DNA from: an uncultured Gammaproteobacteria bacterium
GTDB lineage: Bacteria > Pseudomonadota > Gammaproteobacteria > JACCXJ01
DNA: 64,000 bases
NCBI GenBank assembly: GCA_963764725.1
Contig: CAVXTM010000015.1
Span: forward strand, 160,001-224,000
Reading direction: 5' to 3'
The position numbers were made by a program, and so were the translations under genes. Shown here one piece after another: positions 51,935-64,000 of this stretch. The notes under the pieces are model-generated. The model was not told where the DNA came from, did no database searches, and saw only the letters and a program-made list of their open reading frames with translations. The stretch's first letter is position 1; each line of letters opens with the position of its first letter.

Positions 51935-54034
51935 ATGGCCCGGTTAACCCCCATCGAACGCTATCGCAATATCGGTATCATGGCCCATATCGATGCGGGT
52001 AAGACGACCACGACCGAGCGTATCCTCTATTACACCGGGGTGTCGCATAAACTCGGCGAGGTCCATGACGGCGCCGCCGTGATGGACTGGATGGAGCAGG
52101 AGCAGGAACGCGGTATTACGATCACGGCGGCGGCGACCACGTGTTTCTGGAGCGGTATGGGTAACCAGTACCCCGAGCACCGCGTCAATATCATCGATAC
52201 GCCGGGTCACGTCGACTTTACCATCGAAGTCGAGCGCTCACTACGCGTCCTCGATGGCGCGGTGGGCGTTTTTTGCGCCGTTGGGGGTGTCGAGCCGCAG
52301 TCCGAGACCGTGTGGCGCCAAGCCAGCAAGTATTCGGTTCCGAGATTGGCATTCATTAATAAGATGGACCGCGCGGGCGCCGATTTCCTGCGCGTGGTGC
52401 GGCAGATCCGCGAGCGTCTGGGCAGCGCGGCGGTGCCGGTCCAGATCCCGATCGGTGCGGAAGAAAAGTTCGAGGGCGTGGTCGATCTCGTCAAGATGAA
52501 GGCCATTTATTGGGATCAATCGTCGCAGGGGATGCGCTATGAGGAACGTGAAATACCCGCTGAGATAAAGCCCTTGTGCGCCGAGTGGCGTGACAAAATG
52601 GTGGAAGCAGCGGCCGATGCGAGCGAGGATCTGACGGAAAAGTACCTTCATGCGGGCGGGCTCGATCCGAAGGACATTTATCGGGGTCTGAGGATGCGGA
52701 CGCTCAGCAACGAAATCGTTCCCGTGCTGTGCGGTTCGGCGTTCAAAAACAAGGGCGTGCAGGCGCTCCTCGATGCGGTCATCGAATTACTCCCGGCGCC
52801 GGTGGATGTTCCGCCCATCGAGGGCACATTGGACGACGGTAAGACCCAGGAAACCCGGCCGCCCTCGGACGAAGCGCCTTATGCCTCGCTGGCCTTCAAG
52901 ATCATGACAGACCCGTTCGTGGGCACCCTGACTTTCTTTCGCGTCTATTCGGGGGCGCTGCAAAGCGGCGACACCGTGTACAACCCTCTAAAAAACAGAA
53001 AGGAACGCATCGGCCGCTTGCTGCAAATGCATGCCAATAGCCGCGAAGAGATCAGGGAAGTCCGGGCCGGCGATATCGCGGCGGCGGTGGGCCTCAAGGA
53101 CGTGACGACCGGTGATACCTTGTGCGCTGTCGACAAGATCATCACCTTAGAACGGATGGTGTTCCCCGATCCGGTCATCTCGGTGGCAGTGGAACCGAAG
53201 ACCAAGGCCGACCAAGAGAAGATGGGTATGGCCCTCTCGAAGCTGGCGGCGGAGGACCCGTCTTTCCGCGTGCACACGGATCAGGAGTCCGCTCAGACGA
53301 TTATCTCGGGCATGGGCGAGCTGCACCTTGAGATCATCGTCGATCGGATGAAGCGGGAGTTCAAGGTCGAAGCCAACGTCGGGAAACCGCGGGTGGCTTA
53401 CCGGGAAACCATCCGCAAGGTTGTGGAAAAGGCGGAAGGAAAGTTCGTTCGGCAGTCGGGCGGTCGGGGTCAATACGGCCATGTGCTCTTGCGCTTGGAG
53501 CCAAGGGCGCCGGGGGAAGGTTTTGAATTCGTGAACGAGATCGTGGGCGGTGCGATTCCCAGGGAGTACATTCCGGCAATTGAAAAAGGCGTTCGCGAAC
53601 AGTTGGGGAACGGCGTGCTGGCTGGATATCCCGTCGTAGATATCAGGGCGATAGTCTATGATGGGTCTTTTCATGAAGTCGACTCGAGCGAAATAGCGTT
53701 TAAGATCGCCGGCTCCATGGCGTTTAAGAACGGCGCAGCGCACGGTAAGCCCGTACTCTTGGAGCCGGTAATGAAGGTCGAGGTCGTGACGCCCGAGGAA
53801 TACCTCGGGACCGTAAACGGGGATATGAACCGCCGCCGAGGCGTGCTGCAGGGCACCGAGGATTCTCCCGCGGGCCGCATAGTTCGCGCGGAGGTGCCGC
53901 TTGCGGAAATGTTCGGTTATGCGACCGATCTGCGTTCCGCCACCCAAGGACGAGCCACCTATACGATGGAATTCGCAAAGTATAGCGAGGCGCCGGCGAG
54001 TATCGCGGAAGCCGTGACGAAGCAGGCCCGGTAA
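51935..54034 (+). CDS. fusA: Elongation factor G
   Basis: [27 protein letters not shown]. Confidence 0.99.
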   Translation: MARLTPIERYRNIGIMAHIDAGKTTTTERILYYTGVSHKLGEVHDGAAVMDWMEQEQERGITITAAATTCFWSGMGNQYPEHRVNIIDTPGHVDFTIEVERSLRVLDGAVGVFCAVGGVEPQSETVWRQASKYSVPRLAFINKMDRAGADFLRVVRQIRERLGSAAVPVQIPIGAEEKFEGVVDLVKMKAIYWDQSSQGMRYEEREIPAEIKPLCAEWRDKMVEAAADASEDLTEKYLHAGGLDPKDIYRGLRMRTLSNEIVPVLCGSAFKNKGVQALLDAVIELLPAPVDVPPIEGTLDDGKTQETRPPSDEAPYASLAFKIMTDPFVGTLTFFRVYSGALQSGDTVYNPLKNRKERIGRLLQMHANSREEIREVRAGDIAAAVGLKDVTTGDTLCAVDKIITLERMVFPDPVISVAVEPKTKADQEKMGMALSKLAAEDPSFRVHTDQESAQTIISGMGELHLEIIVDRMKREFKVEANVGKPRVAYRETIRKVVEKAEGKFVRQSGGRGQYGHVLLRLEPRAPGEGFEFVNEIVGGAIPREYIPAIEKGVREQLGNGVLAGYPVVDIRAIVYDGSFHEVDSSEIAFKIAGSMAFKNGAAHGKPVLLEPVMKVEVVTPEEYLGTVNGDMNRRRGVLQGTEDSPAGRIVRAEVPLAEMFGYATDLRSATQGRATYTMEFAKYSEAPASIAEAVTKQAR

Positions 54035-54061
54035 CGACGAGCGAAAGCGGAGAACTGAGTT

Positions 54062-55252
54062 ATGTCCAAGGAGAAATTTCAGCGAACGAAGCCGCATGTG
54101 AATGTAGGGACGATAGGGCATGTGGATCATGGGAAGACGACGTTGACGGCGGCGTTGACGATGGTGATGTCGAAGAAGTTTGGAGGGGAGGTCAAGGGTT
54201 ATGATCAGATCGACAATGCGCCCGAGGAGAAGGCGAGGGGGATCACGATAGCGACGGCGCATGTGGAGTACCAGAGTGAGAAGCGGCACTATGCGCATGT
54301 GGACTGTCCGGGGCATGCGGATTATGTGAAGAACATGATCACGGGGGCGGCGCAGATGGATGGGGCGATATTAGTGGTGAGTGCGGCGGATGGGCCGATG
54401 CCGCAGACGCGCGAGCACATTTTGTTGGCGCGTCAGGTAGGGGTGCCCTACATTGTGGTGTACATGAACAAGGCGGACATGGTGGATGATGCGGAGTTAC
54501 TGGAATTAGTGGAGATGGAGGTCAGGGAGTTACTGGACAGTTACAAGTTTCCCGGGGAGAAGACGCCGGTGGTGGTGGGGAGTGCGTTGAAGGCGTTGGA
54601 GGGGGAGGGGAGTGAGCTTGGGGTGCAGTCCATCGAGAAGCTAGTGGCGGCGATGGATGAGTACATTCCGGTGCCCGAGCGGGCGGTGGATCAGCCGTTT
54701 TTGATGCCGATTGAGGATGTATTTTCGATCTCCGGGCGGGGGACGGTGGTGACGGGTCGAGTGGAGCGTGGGCGGGTCAAGGTCGGGGAGGAGGTAGCGA
54801 TTGTTGGGATCCGGGAGACGCAGAAGACGATCTGCACGGGGGTGGAGATGTTTCGGAAGTTATTGGATGAAGGGCAGGCGGGGGACAATGTCGGGGTGTT
54901 GCTGAGGGGGACCAAGCGCGAGGAGGTGGAGCGTGGACAGGTATTATGCAAGCCGGGGAGTGTGACGCCGCACACCCATTTTGAGGCGGAGGTGTATGTG
55001 TTATCGAAGGAAGAGGGAGGGAGGCACACGCCGTTTTTCAGCAATTACCGGCCGCAGTTTTATTTTCGGACCACCGATGTAACGGGGGCGGTGGAGTTAC
55101 CCTCAGGGGTGGAGATGGTGATGCCTGGGGACAATGTGAAGATGGTGGTGAAGTTGATTGCGCCGATTGCGATGGAAGAGGGGGTGAGGTTTGCGATCCG
55201 CGAAGGGGGCCGCACCGTCGGGGCCGGCGTCGTCGCTAAGGTCATCGAGTAG
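54062..55252 (+). CDS. tuf: Elongation factor Tu (copy 2)
   Basis: Same protein as 37695-38885. Confidence 0.99.
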   Translation: MSKEKFQRTKPHVNVGTIGHVDHGKTTLTAALTMVMSKKFGGEVKGYDQIDNAPEEKARGITIATAHVEYQSEKRHYAHVDCPGHADYVKNMITGAAQMDGAILVVSAADGPMPQTREHILLARQVGVPYIVVYMNKADMVDDAELLELVEMEVRELLDSYKFPGEKTPVVVGSALKALEGEGSELGVQSIEKLVAAMDEYIPVPERAVDQPFLMPIEDVFSISGRGTVVTGRVERGRVKVGEEVAIVGIRETQKTICTGVEMFRKLLDEGQAGDNVGVLLRGTKREEVERGQVLCKPGSVTPHTHFEAEVYVLSKEEGGRHTPFFSNYRPQFYFRTTDVTGAVELPSGVEMVMPGDNVKMVVKLIAPIAMEEGVRFAIREGGRTVGAGVVAKVIE

Positions 55253-55298
55253 CAAAACGGGAGCCTATGCTTGAGACTGGGCCCACGATGAATCATCC

Positions 55299-55610
55299 AT
55301 GAACGACCAAATCATCCGTATCCGTCTCAAGGCCTTCGACCATCGGTTGATCGACCGGTCGACGCGCGAGATTGTCGAGACCGCACGGCGCACGGGCGCC
55401 CAGATCCGAGGGCCGATCCCTTTGCCCACAAAAATGGAACGCTTTACGGTGTTGATCTCACCGCATGCGGACAAGGATGCCCGCGATCAGTACGAGATCC
55501 GCACCCACAAACGCCTGCTCGACATCGTCAATCCCACCGACAAGACCGTGGATGCGCTGATGAAGCTCGATCTGGCCGCGGGCGTCGATGTCCAGATCAA
55601 GCTGAGCTGA
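55299..55610 (+). CDS. rpsJ: 30S ribosomal protein S10
   Basis: [21 protein letters not shown]. Confidence 0.99.
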   Translation: MNDQIIRIRLKAFDHRLIDRSTREIVETARRTGAQIRGPIPLPTKMERFTVLISPHADKDARDQYEIRTHKRLLDIVNPTDKTVDALMKLDLAAGVDVQIKLS

Positions 55611-55627
55611 GCTCGGAGATAGCGCGA

Positions 55628-56269
55628 ATGGCACTGGGCATAATCGGGCAAAAATGCGGCATGACGCGTATCTACAACGAAGAGGGAACCGCTATCCCGG
55701 TGACCGTCATCGCCGCCGAAGCTAACCGAATCACCCAAGTCAAGACGCTGGAACGCGATGGCTATCGCGCCATACAAGTAACAAAAGGTTCTCAAAAGCG
55801 GAACCGAATTAGCAAGGCGCTGGCCGGAATCTATAAAAAAGCAGGTGTCGAAAGTGGGCGGGGTTTGTGGGAGTTCCGGCTGGAAGCGCGCGAAGGCGAG
55901 GCGCTCAGCGTCGGCCAGGAAGTCAAGGTCGATGTATTCAAAGCAGGCGATATGGTCAACGTGAGCGGTGCCACACAGGGAAAAGGTTTTGCCGGGACGA
56001 TCAAACGGCATCACTTTAGATCCGGGGACGCCACGCACGGTAACTCGCTTTCGCACCGCACGCCTGGTTCCACCGGGCAGCGCCAGACCCCCGGCCGCGT
56101 GTTCAAGGGCAAGCACATGCCGGGGCATCTGGGTAATGTGAATCGCACGGTCTCGAATCTGGAGGTGGTGCGCGTCGATGCCGAGAGAAACCTGCTCCTC
56201 GTGAAGGGCGCCGTGCCGGGCGCGCGCGGCGGCCATCTGGTCGTACGGCCAGCGGTCAAGGGGCGTTAG
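55628..56269 (+). CDS. rplC: 50S ribosomal protein L3
   Basis: [19 protein letters not shown]. Confidence 0.99.
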   Translation: MALGIIGQKCGMTRIYNEEGTAIPVTVIAAEANRITQVKTLERDGYRAIQVTKGSQKRNRISKALAGIYKKAGVESGRGLWEFRLEAREGEALSVGQEVKVDVFKAGDMVNVSGATQGKGFAGTIKRHHFRSGDATHGNSLSHRTPGSTGQRQTPGRVFKGKHMPGHLGNVNRTVSNLEVVRVDAERNLLLVKGAVPGARGGHLVVRPAVKGR

Positions 56270-56270
56270 C

Positions 56271-56891
56271 ATGGAGCTTCAGGTCCAATCGGGCGACACC
56301 GGGGCCGTGGTCGGCGCCGTCGCGGTTTCCGAGCAATCGTTTAACGCCAAATACAACGAGCCCCTCGTGCATCAGGTGGTGACGGCCTATCTCGCCGCAG
56401 GCCGTAGCGGGACCAAAGCCCAAAAGTCCCGCGCGCAGGTCCGGGGCGGTGGCCGCAAGCCGTGGAAACAAAAGGGCACGGGAAACGCTCGCGCCGGCAG
56501 CTCACGCAGTCCGCTGTGGCGTAGCGGTGGGGTCACGTTCGCGGCGGTGCCGAGGGATTACGCGCAAAAGGTCAATCGAAGAATGTATACAGGTGCACTG
56601 CGGTCCATCCTCTCCGAGCTCGCACGCACGGGGAGACTCAAGATCGTGGACGCATTAGTGATGCATTTGCCCAAGACAAAAGTGCTCATCGAGCGGCTTA
56701 AGGTCTTGGGTCTTGAGGCGGGATTAATCGTCGTCGACGCAGAGGAAAGGAACCTTGATCTGGCATCCAGGAACCTCCCGCACGTCGAGGTCACCGGCGC
56801 GCGTGCGCTCGATCCGGTCCGTTTGATCGAGCACCCGACGGTGCTTATGACGCAAGACGCCCTCAAGCTCGTCGAGGCCCGGCTCGCATGA
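56271..56891 (+). CDS. rplD: 50S ribosomal protein L4
   Basis: GGGRKPWKQKGTGNARAG. Confidence 0.99.
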   Translation: MELQVQSGDTGAVVGAVAVSEQSFNAKYNEPLVHQVVTAYLAAGRSGTKAQKSRAQVRGGGRKPWKQKGTGNARAGSSRSPLWRSGGVTFAAVPRDYAQKVNRRMYTGALRSILSELARTGRLKIVDALVMHLPKTKVLIERLKVLGLEAGLIVVDAEERNLDLASRNLPHVEVTGARALDPVRLIEHPTVLMTQDALKLVEARLA

Positions 56892-57184
56892 ACCAGGAGC
56901 GGTTGCTGCAGGTTCTCATCGAGCCCCGGGTTTCGGAGAAAGCGACGCGGCTTGCGGACAGCGCCCGGCAGTTCGTATTTCGAGTGATCCCGAACGCAAC
57001 CAAGCCCGAGATCAAGCAGGCGGTCGAGCTGATGTTTAGGGTCGAAGTCGAAGGCGTGAGGGTTTGCACAATCAAGGGGAAAGTTAAGGCGAATCGCCGC
57101 ATGCGGGGACGCCGTTCGGACATAAAGAAAGCCTATGTCAGCCTCAAACCCGGATTTGACATCAATTTCGTGGGTAAGGAGTAA
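56888..57184 (+). CDS. rplW: 50S ribosomal protein L23
   Basis: ATKPEIKQAVE, KKAYVSL. Confidence 0.98.
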   Translation: MNQERLLQVLIEPRVSEKATRLADSARQFVFRVIPNATKPEIKQAVELMFRVEVEGVRVCTIKGKVKANRRMRGRRSDIKKAYVSLKPGFDINFVGKE

Positions 57185-57190
57185 GCCGCC

Positions 57191-58021
57191 GTGGCATTGA
57201 AGCAGCTCAAACCGACCTCGGCGGGTACGCGCGGCGTGGTGCGGGTAGTGACGCCCGGGTTGCACAAGGGTGATCCCCATTGGCCGCTGACTGAAAAACA
57301 GACACGCAAGGCTGGACGCAACAACAGGGGCCGAATTACGGTGCGCCACCGGGGAGGCGGGCATAAGCAACATTACCGCATCATCGATTTTAAGCGCCGT
57401 AAGGACGGGATCCCGGCGCGCGTTGAGCGTATCGAGTACGATCCGAACCGCAGCGCCCATATCGCGTTGCTGCTGTATACTGACGGCGAGCGCCGTTACA
57501 TCGTCGCACCGAAAAACGTGTGCCCGGGCATGCGTTTGATGTCGGGGAGCGAGGCGGCGATTCAGCCGGGGAATTCGTTGGCCTTGCGCAACATTCCCGT
57601 CGGCACGACGATTCATTGCGTGGAGCTACAGCCCGGAAAAGGCGCCCAGTTGGCCCGGAGCGCGGGCGCTGCGGTGCAACTGATCGCTCGGGAAGGGGGG
57701 CATGCGACCTTGCGGCTGCGGTCCGGGGAAGTCCGGAAAGTTCCTCTCGATTGCCGGGCGACCATTGGAGACGTCGGCAACCATGAGCATGCGCTGCGTT
57801 CGCTCGGTAAAGCCGGCGCGACGCGCTGGCGAGGTATCCGCCCAACGGTGCGCGGTGTGGCCATGAATCCTGTCGATCATCCGCACGGGGGCGGGGAAGG
57901 CAAGAGCTCCGGGGGGCGGCACCCGGTGACCCCATGGGGTCAGCCTACCAAGGGCCACAAGACTCGGAAAAACAAGCGGACGACCGGCATGATCGTGCGG
58001 CGTCGGCATAAGGCAACTTAG
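57191..58021 (+). CDS. rplB: 50S ribosomal protein L2
   Basis: [23 protein letters not shown]. Confidence 0.99.
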   Translation: MALKQLKPTSAGTRGVVRVVTPGLHKGDPHWPLTEKQTRKAGRNNRGRITVRHRGGGHKQHYRIIDFKRRKDGIPARVERIEYDPNRSAHIALLLYTDGERRYIVAPKNVCPGMRLMSGSEAAIQPGNSLALRNIPVGTTIHCVELQPGKGAQLARSAGAAVQLIAREGGHATLRLRSGEVRKVPLDCRATIGDVGNHEHALRSLGKAGATRWRGIRPTVRGVAMNPVDHPHGGGEGKSSGGRHPVTPWGQPTKGHKTRKNKRTTGMIVRRRHKAT

Positions 58022-58036
58022 CGTCCGGAGGCTCGC

Positions 58037-58315
58037 GTGCCACGCTCACTCAAAAAAGGGCCTTTCATAGATCACCACCTTGCCGCAAAGGTCGCCAAGG
58101 CCCGCGACAACAAGGACAAGCGGCCCATCAAGACCTGGTCGCGCCGCTCGGTGGTGGCGCCGGAGATGGTCGGGATCACGATCGCCATCCATAATGGACG
58201 CCAGCACCTGCCGGTTTATATTACCGAGAATATGGTCGGACATAAGCTCGGGGAGTTTGCGGTAACGAGGACCTTTCGCGGCCATTCGGCCGATCGCAAG
58301 GCCAAGAGCCCGTAA
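58037..58315 (+). CDS. rpsS: 30S ribosomal protein S19
   Basis: [18 protein letters not shown]. Confidence 0.99.
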   Translation: MPRSLKKGPFIDHHLAAKVAKARDNKDKRPIKTWSRRSVVAPEMVGITIAIHNGRQHLPVYITENMVGHKLGEFAVTRTFRGHSADRKAKSP

Positions 58316-58340
58316 GACCGACGCATAAGGCAGGTCACGC

Positions 58341-58670
58341 ATGGGAACGGCAGCTAAACTTCGGTTCGTGCGGGTGTCTCCGCAAAAGGCGCGTCTGGTT
58401 GCGGATCAAATCCGCGGGCTCCCGGTCGATCGCGCCCTGAGCGTATTGGCGTTCAGCGGTAAAAAGGCCGCAGGACTCATCAAGAAAGTGTTAGAATCGG
58501 CGATTGCAAATGCAGAGCACAATGATGGCGCAGACATCGATGCGCTTAAAGTTGAAACCATAATGATTGATACCGCGCCGATGATGAAGCGGGTAGTGGC
58601 TCGAGCTCGGGGGCGCGCCAATCGACTCATGAAAAGGACCAGCCACATCACCATCCGCGTCGCGGAGTAA
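58341..58670 (+). CDS. rplV: 50S ribosomal protein L22
   Basis: [23 protein letters not shown]. Confidence 0.99.
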   Translation: MGTAAKLRFVRVSPQKARLVADQIRGLPVDRALSVLAFSGKKAAGLIKKVLESAIANAEHNDGADIDALKVETIMIDTAPMMKRVVARARGRANRLMKRTSHITIRVAE

Positions 58671-58680
58671 CGAGATAGCC

Positions 58681-59358
58681 ATGGGACAAAAGGTTCATCC
58701 AACAGGTATACGGCTCGGGATCGTCAAAGACTGGTCATCGAAATGGTATGTCGATTCGAAGAAGTACGCGGATTATCTAAATACGGATATCGCCGTGCGC
58801 GAGTTCTTGCGCAAGAAACTGCGGCAGGCCTCGGTCAGCCGCATCCAAATAGAACGGCCGGCGAACAATGCGCGCATCATTATTCATACGGCGAGACCTG
58901 GTATCGTCATCGGCAAGAAGGGTGAAGACATCGAGTCGTTGCGCAAGCAAGTGTCGCAGTTGATGGGCGTGCCGGTCCAGATCAGCGTCGAGGAGATCCG
59001 TAAACCAGAGCTGGATGCTTATCTCGTTGCGGAGAGTGTCGCGGGTCAGCTCGAGCGCCGTATCATGTTCCGCCGGGCGATGAAACGGGCGGTGACCAAC
59101 GCCATGAGGCTCGGGGCGCAGGGGATCAAGATCCACGTCGCCGGAAGGCTAAACGGCGCGGAGATCGCCCGTTCCGAGTGGTACCGGGAAGGGCGCGTGC
59201 CCTTGCACACGTTGCGGGCGGACATCGATTACGGTTTAGCCGAGGCCAAGACGACCTACGGCGTGATAGGCGTGAAGGTTTGGATCTTCAAAGGTGAGGT
59301 GATAGATCGCGCGGCACCGATCGAAGATCGGAGCGTGGACGGATCCCTGCCTCGTTAA
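58681..59358 (+). CDS. rpsC: 30S ribosomal protein S3
   Basis: [27 protein letters not shown]. Confidence 0.99.
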   Translation: MGQKVHPTGIRLGIVKDWSSKWYVDSKKYADYLNTDIAVREFLRKKLRQASVSRIQIERPANNARIIIHTARPGIVIGKKGEDIESLRKQVSQLMGVPVQISVEEIRKPELDAYLVAESVAGQLERRIMFRRAMKRAVTNAMRLGAQGIKIHVAGRLNGAEIARSEWYREGRVPLHTLRADIDYGLAEAKTTYGVIGVKVWIFKGEVIDRAAPIEDRSVDGSLPR

Positions 59359-59372
59359 TCGGCTAAGCGATT

Positions 59373-59786
59373 ATGCTTCAACCTAAGCAAACGAAGTATC
59401 GTAAGCTGCAAAAGGGCCGCAATCGCGGTATTGCGACCAAGGGCCTACGCGTAAGCTTTGGCGAGTATGGGCTAAAAGCCACCACGGCGGGACGCATCAC
59501 AGCGCGCCAGTTGGAAGCGGCGCGGCGCGCGATTTCGCGCCATGTGAAGCGGGGCGGCAAGCTGTGGATTCGAGTGTTCCCCGACAAGCCCATCACCACC
59601 AAACCCTTGGAGGTCAGGCAAGGGAAAGGAAAGGGAAACGTGGAGTACTGGGTCGCTCAGGTGCAAGCGGGCCGCGTACTGTACGAAGTGGAAGGCGTGC
59701 CCACCGACATCGCCCGCGAGGCGTTTCGCTTGGCGGGGGCTAAGCTCCCCGTGAATACCACGATGACGAGTCGGACGCTGTTATGA
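59373..59786 (+). CDS. rplP: 50S ribosomal protein L16
   Basis: [14 protein letters not shown]. Confidence 0.99.
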   Translation: MLQPKQTKYRKLQKGRNRGIATKGLRVSFGEYGLKATTAGRITARQLEAARRAISRHVKRGGKLWIRVFPDKPITTKPLEVRQGKGKGNVEYWVAQVQAGRVLYEVEGVPTDIAREAFRLAGAKLPVNTTMTSRTLL

Positions 59787-59986
59787 TGCAAGCAAACGAG
59801 CTTAGAAAAAAACAACCCGGCGAGCTGCAAAGTCTATTATTGGACCTGCGGCGGGAGCAATTTAACTTGCGTATGCAAAGAGGCGCCGGTCAAACGGTGA
59901 GGCCGACCCGACTTCAGGGTGTGAGACGGGAGATCGCCCGCGTGAAGACCGTCCTTCACGAACTGAAGCAAGGCGAGTCCGCATGA
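59783..59986 (+). CDS. rpmC: 50S ribosomal protein L29
   Basis: [18 protein letters not shown]. Confidence 0.98.
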   Translation: MMQANELRKKQPGELQSLLLDLRREQFNLRMQRGAGQTVRPTRLQGVRREIARVKTVLHELKQGESA

Positions 59987-60249
59987 ATGAGCCGCTTAAA
60001 GCGCCGCGGATCCTGATCGGTCAGGTGGTCAGCGATAAGATGCAAAAAACCGTTGCCGTGCTCGTCGAGCGCAAGGTATTGCACCCCTTGTACAAGAAAT
60101 ACATACGCCGTTCGACAAAGTTACTCGCCCACGACGAAGCCAGTGCCTGTAAGCAAGGGGATACGGTGGCTATCGAAGAGTGTCCGCCGATCTCGAAGCG
60201 GAAAAGCTGGCGCGTTCAAAAGCTTATCGAGCGTGCCGTGGAGCTTTGA
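59983..60249 (+). CDS. rpsQ: 30S ribosomal protein S17
   Basis: [17 protein letters not shown]. Confidence 0.98.
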   Translation: MNEPLKAPRILIGQVVSDKMQKTVAVLVERKVLHPLYKKYIRRSTKLLAHDEASACKQGDTVAIEECPPISKRKSWRVQKLIERAVEL

Positions 60250-60281
60250 GCCATGCCGCTGTCATTACCGGGAACTGACCG

Positions 60282-60650
60282 ATGATACAGATGCAATCGA
60301 ATTTGGATGCGGCCGACAACAGCGGAGCGCGGCGCTTGATGTGTATAAAGGTTTTGGGCGGGTCAAAGCGCCGGTATGCTTATGTCGGTGATATCATAAA
60401 AGTCACGATCAAGGAGGCCATCCCTCGGGGCAAGGTAAAAAAGGGCGAGGTGTATGACGCGGTGGTCGTGCGTACAAAAAAGGGAGTGCGGCGAGCGGAC
60501 GGATCGGTGATTCGATTCGATGGTAATGCCGCGGTGTTATTGGATAAGCAGTTGCAACCCATCGGGACACGGATTTTTGGCCCGGTCACGCGGGAGCTGC
60601 GTACTGAGCGGTTTATGCGCATCATTTCGTTAGCACCTGAAGTCCTCTGA
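60282..60650 (+). CDS. rplN: 50S ribosomal protein L14
   Basis: [18 protein letters not shown]. Confidence 0.99.
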   Translation: MIQMQSNLDAADNSGARRLMCIKVLGGSKRRYAYVGDIIKVTIKEAIPRGKVKKGEVYDAVVVRTKKGVRRADGSVIRFDGNAAVLLDKQLQPIGTRIFGPVTRELRTERFMRIISLAPEVL

Positions 60651-60658
60651 GTCGAGCA

Positions 60659-60976
60659 ATGCGTAAGATCAAAAAAGGCGATCAAGTCGTCATCTCCGTG
60701 GGTAAATCGAAAGGCCACCGCGGCGTGGTGACGCGCGTTTTTCCCAATGACAGGGTCGTGGTCGAGAGCGCCAATATGGTAAAGCGCCACACCCGGCCTA
60801 ACCCGCGTTCGGGCACCGCGGGCGGGATCGTCGAGAAGGAAGCGCCCATCCATATTTCGAATGTGGCGCTATATAACCCACAGGCGAAAAAGGCCGACAA
60901 GGTCGGCTTCAAAGTACTCGAGGACGGCCGCAAGGTGCGGTATTTCAAATCCTCGGGGGAAGTAGTAGAGACCTAA
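60659..60976 (+). CDS. rplX: 50S ribosomal protein L24
   Basis: [17 protein letters not shown]. Confidence 0.98.
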   Translation: MRKIKKGDQVVISVGKSKGHRGVVTRVFPNDRVVVESANMVKRHTRPNPRSGTAGGIVEKEAPIHISNVALYNPQAKKADKVGFKVLEDGRKVRYFKSSGEVVET

Positions 60977-60989
60977 CACAGGTGTTGGC

Positions 60990-61529
60990 ATGCCCCGGTT
61001 GCGTACAATTTATCGTCAAACCATCGTGGCAGAGTTGCAAAAGGCGTATGGGTACAAGAGCGTCATGGCGGTTCCGCGGATTATGAAAATCACGCTGAAC
61101 ATGGGACTTGGCGAAGCGGTGGCGGATAAAAAGATTGTCGACCATGCGGTCGAAGATTTAACGCGGATCGCCGGGCAGAAACCGGTGGTGACGCGAGCGC
61201 GTAAATCGATTGCCAACTTCAAGATCCGGGACGGTTGGCCTATCGGCTGCAAGGTGACTCTCCGGAGCGAACGCATGTATGAGTTTCTGGATCGCTTGAT
61301 CAATATAGCGATACCGAGGATCCGCGATTTTCGCGGCTTGAGCGGCCGAGCCTTCGATGGACGAGGGAATTACAGCTTCGGCGTGAAGGAGCAGATTATT
61401 TTTCCGGAAATCGATTACGACAAAATCGACGTGATCCGGGGCTTGGATATCTGTATTACCACCACCGCAAGGACGGACGATGAGGCGCGGGCCTTGCTGA
61501 CTGCGTTCAAGCTTCCGCTGCGTCACTGA
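60990..61529 (+). CDS. rplE: 50S ribosomal protein L5
   Basis: [24 protein letters not shown]. Confidence 0.99.
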   Translation: MPRLRTIYRQTIVAELQKAYGYKSVMAVPRIMKITLNMGLGEAVADKKIVDHAVEDLTRIAGQKPVVTRARKSIANFKIRDGWPIGCKVTLRSERMYEFLDRLINIAIPRIRDFRGLSGRAFDGRGNYSFGVKEQIIFPEIDYDKIDVIRGLDICITTTARTDDEARALLTAFKLPLRH

Positions 61530-61544
61530 TCCCAAGGTAAAGAA

Positions 61545-61850
61545 ATGGCAAAGACATCGCTCATCAATCGCGACCTGCGGCGGCTCAAGCTAGTAAAAAA
61601 ATACGCGGCCGCGCGCGCACGCCTAGCGGCGCAAATGAAAGACACCACGCTTAGCGAGGAAGATCGTGAGCAGGCGCGGGTGAAGCTACACATGTTGCCT
61701 AGAGACTCGAGTCCGGTACGGCTGCGCAATCGATGTCGGGCTACGGGACGACCGCGCGGTTTCTACCGCAAGTTCGGCTTATCGCGCAACAAACTGCGGC
61801 TGGCCGCGATGGACGGTGACGTCCCGGGTTTGGTCAAGGCAAGTTGGTAA
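61545..61850 (+). CDS. rpsN: 30S ribosomal protein S14 (long, non-zinc form)
   Basis: [28 protein letters not shown]. Confidence 0.98.
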   Translation: MAKTSLINRDLRRLKLVKKYAAARARLAAQMKDTTLSEEDREQARVKLHMLPRDSSPVRLRNRCRATGRPRGFYRKFGLSRNKLRLAAMDGDVPGLVKASW

Positions 61851-61895
61851 TCATGCACGCCGTCTAGTATCGTTTTTGAAAGGTTCTCTAAAAGT

Positions 61896-62291
61896 ATGAC
61901 CATGCAAGATCCGATTGCGGACATGTTCACCCAGCTCCGCAATGGACAAGCGGCGGGTAAGCGTTTTGTTCTCCTGCCGGGTTCCAAGCAGAAAAGCGCA
62001 CTTGCTGAGGTGCTCAAGCGCGAGGGTTATATCGAAGACTATTCCGCGCAGGAGCGCGATGGAAAGCCGGCGCTTGCGGTGACGCTCAAGTATTTCGAAG
62101 GACGGCCAGTGATCGAGAAAATCAAGCGTGCCAGCCGCCCGGGCCTGCGTATCTACCGCTCGCAAAACGCTATTCCCAAAGTCAGCGGCGGTCTAGGGAT
62201 CGCCATCGTGAGCACCTCGCAGGGGCTCCTGTCCGACCGCGAGGCACGCCAGCGCGGCATCGGTGGCGAAGTGCTGGGCTACATCGTCTGA
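61896..62291 (+). CDS. rpsH: 30S ribosomal protein S8
   Basis: [21 protein letters not shown]. Confidence 0.99.
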   Translation: MTMQDPIADMFTQLRNGQAAGKRFVLLPGSKQKSALAEVLKREGYIEDYSAQERDGKPALAVTLKYFEGRPVIEKIKRASRPGLRIYRSQNAIPKVSGGLGIAIVSTSQGLLSDREARQRGIGGEVLGYIV

Positions 62292-62299
62292 GGGTAGCC

Positions 62300-62833
62300 A
62301 TGTCTAGAGTCGCGAAAAATCCGGTACTGCTCCCGAAGGAGGTTGAGGCCACCGTGACGGACCAGACCGTGATTCTGAAAGGTGCTCAAGGTACGATGTC
62401 ACGGGACTTTTCCAACTTGGTGAAGATCATCAACAAAGATCAGAGGTTGTGCGTGTCACCCAAGGATGGCTCCAAGGCCGGCCGCATGTTCGCGGGCACG
62501 ACGCGGGCGTTGTTAGCCAATATGCTCGAAGGTGTCGCCACGGGGTTCCAGAAAAAACTGGAGATCACCGGGGTGGGCTATCGCGCCCAACTACAGGGCA
62601 GAGTATTGAACCTCACGCTTGGCTATTCTCACCCGATTCACTTCGACATTCCCGAAGGCATCACGATCCAGGCCCCAAGTACGACGGAAATCGTGGTAAG
62701 AGGGGCGGATAAACAGCAGGTAGGACAGATCGCGGCGAATATTCGCAGGTATCGGCCGCCGGAACCTTACAAGGGGAAGGGGATCCGGTATGCTGGCGAA
62801 GTGATCAGGCGTAAGGAAGCAAAGAAAGCATAG
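62300..62833 (+). CDS. rplF: 50S ribosomal protein L6
   Basis: [19 protein letters not shown]. Confidence 0.99.
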   Translation: MSRVAKNPVLLPKEVEATVTDQTVILKGAQGTMSRDFSNLVKIINKDQRLCVSPKDGSKAGRMFAGTTRALLANMLEGVATGFQKKLEITGVGYRAQLQGRVLNLTLGYSHPIHFDIPEGITIQAPSTTEIVVRGADKQQVGQIAANIRRYRPPEPYKGKGIRYAGEVIRRKEAKKA

Positions 62834-62849
62834 CGAGGTAAGGACTTCG

Positions 62850-63203
62850 GTGGACAAGAAAACGACTCGGCTAAGGCGTGCCCGCCGTACTCGCGCGAAG
62901 ATAAAAGAACTGGGGCTGCATCGGCTAAGCGTGCATAAAACGCCGCGGCATATCTACGCCCAGGTGATAGCACCGGCCGGTGCTCAGGTCGTCGCCAGCG
63001 CTTCCAGCTTGGATAAGGCGCTACGCGCGGAAATCGCCTACGGCGGCAACATAAAGGCCGCGGTGATCGTGGGTAAAGCCGTCGGTGATCGCGCCAAAGC
63101 GGCAGGCCTCGATCGGGTTGCATTTGACCGATCGGGATTCAAGTACCATGGCCGGATCAAGGCGCTGGCCGATGCGGCGCGCGAATCGGGCCTCCAATTT
63201 TAG
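62850..63203 (+). CDS. rplR: 50S ribosomal protein L18
   Basis: [18 protein letters not shown]. Confidence 0.99.
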   Translation: MDKKTTRLRRARRTRAKIKELGLHRLSVHKTPRHIYAQVIAPAGAQVVASASSLDKALRAEIAYGGNIKAAVIVGKAVGDRAKAAGLDRVAFDRSGFKYHGRIKALADAARESGLQF

Positions 63204-63205
63204 GT

Positions 63206-63730
63206 GTGGCGGGCATGGCGTTAGATAGCTTAAGCGAATCGAGCGAAGGTTTTTTGGAGAAGCTCGTGCACGTCAATCGCGTGGCTAAGGTCGTTAAAGG
63301 CGGGCGCATCTTTGGTTTTTCGGCGCTAACGGTGGTCGGTGACGGTGCCGGAAAGGTCGGTTTCGGGCGCGGCAAGGCGCGTGAGGTTCCCGTGGCGATC
63401 CAAAAAGCGATGGAGAAGGCCAGAAGAAGCATGTGCTCAATTTCCTTGCGGGACAGTAGCACGGTTCAATACCCCGTCACCGCACGCCACGGCGCGGCCA
63501 AGGTTCTCATTCTTCCGGCGCCCGAGGGTACGGGCATCATCGCCGGTGGCGCCATGCGGGCGGTATTCGAAGTGGCGGGAGTGAAAAATGTCGTCGCCAA
63601 GTGCATCGGTACGACCAACAAGGTCAATGTGGTCAGGGCGACCATCAAGGGTCTGTCCGGCATCCATGATCCCGCCTGGTATGCGGCCAAGCGTGGCAAG
63701 ACGGTTGAGGAGATCCATGGCTACGCCTAA
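63206..63730 (+). CDS. rpsE: 30S ribosomal protein S5
   Basis: [22 protein letters not shown]. Confidence 0.99.
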   Translation: MAGMALDSLSESSEGFLEKLVHVNRVAKVVKGGRIFGFSALTVVGDGAGKVGFGRGKAREVPVAIQKAMEKARRSMCSISLRDSSTVQYPVTARHGAAKVLILPAPEGTGIIAGGAMRAVFEVAGVKNVVAKCIGTTNKVNVVRATIKGLSGIHDPAWYAAKRGKTVEEIHGYA

Positions 63731-63914
63731 GCCACAAGGGCGCTTGAAAGTGACTCTGGTGCGGAGTGTGATTGGGCGCCTAAAGGCTCACCAAGCGTGT
63801 GTGCGAGGCTTGGGGCTACGGCGCATCGGACACAGCACCGTCGTGAATGACACGCCTGCAATCCGCGGCATGATAACGAAGGTATCCTACCTCTTAGCGG
63901 TGGAAGAAACTTGA
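63717..63914 (+). CDS. rpmD: 50S ribosomal protein L30
   Basis: [24 protein letters not shown]. Confidence 0.97.
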   Translation: MATPKPQGRLKVTLVRSVIGRLKAHQACVRGLGLRRIGHSTVVNDTPAIRGMITKVSYLLAVEET

Positions 63915-63915
63915 G

Positions 63916-64000
63916 ATGAGAATTAATACGTTGAAGCCGGCGCGGGGTTCCAAGCGCGAGCGCCGAAGGCTCGGCCGGGGGATGGGTTCGGGTTTGGGAA
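63916..64000 (+). CDS. rplO: 50S ribosomal protein L15 (3'-partial)
   Basis: MRINTLKPARGSKRERRRLGRGMGSGLG. Confidence 0.95.
   Translation, partial: MRINTLKPARGSKRERRRLGRGMGSGLG

Overview
A GC-rich gammaproteobacterial chromosomal segment with two parts. About 52 kb is core housekeeping DNA: hslU-DUF971-ubiE-ubiJ-ubiB; yajL, ctpA, gpmI, rhodanese, secB, gpsA, trmL, pyrD; ntrXY, DUF4390, rsmB, fmt, def; LysM, dprA, topA, purE, tsaC; tRNA-Tyr/Gly/Thr, tuf, tRNA-Trp, secE, nusG, rplKAJL, rpoBC; and the str, S10 and spc operons up to a partial rplO. The other part is an ~11 kb sedentary integron (4.6-15.6 kb) with intI under a LexA-boxed promoter, attI, and about 8 attC sites that decay with distance from attI. 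Its cassettes encode HicBA, an orphan membrane-anchored protein, a PD-(D/E)xK nuclease, a broken HEPN-like protein, a gene apparently interrupted by a REP/RAYT unit, an acyl-CoA ligase and an iota-carbonic-anhydrase-like lipoprotein. The most striking feature is a 2.5 kb element (tyrosine recombinase plus IS91-like Y2/HUH transposase) inserted in reverse exactly at the AAC/GTT of an attC R'' box. When joined, its two ends reconstitute an attC-like hairpin, so it looks like a self-mobilising, cassette-mimicking element. Two copies of a palindromic MITE resembling Rickettsia RPE-1 sit on stop codons (rsmB, rpsL), and one may supply the N-terminus of a host protein. All family assignments come from motif recognition by eye; no searches were run.
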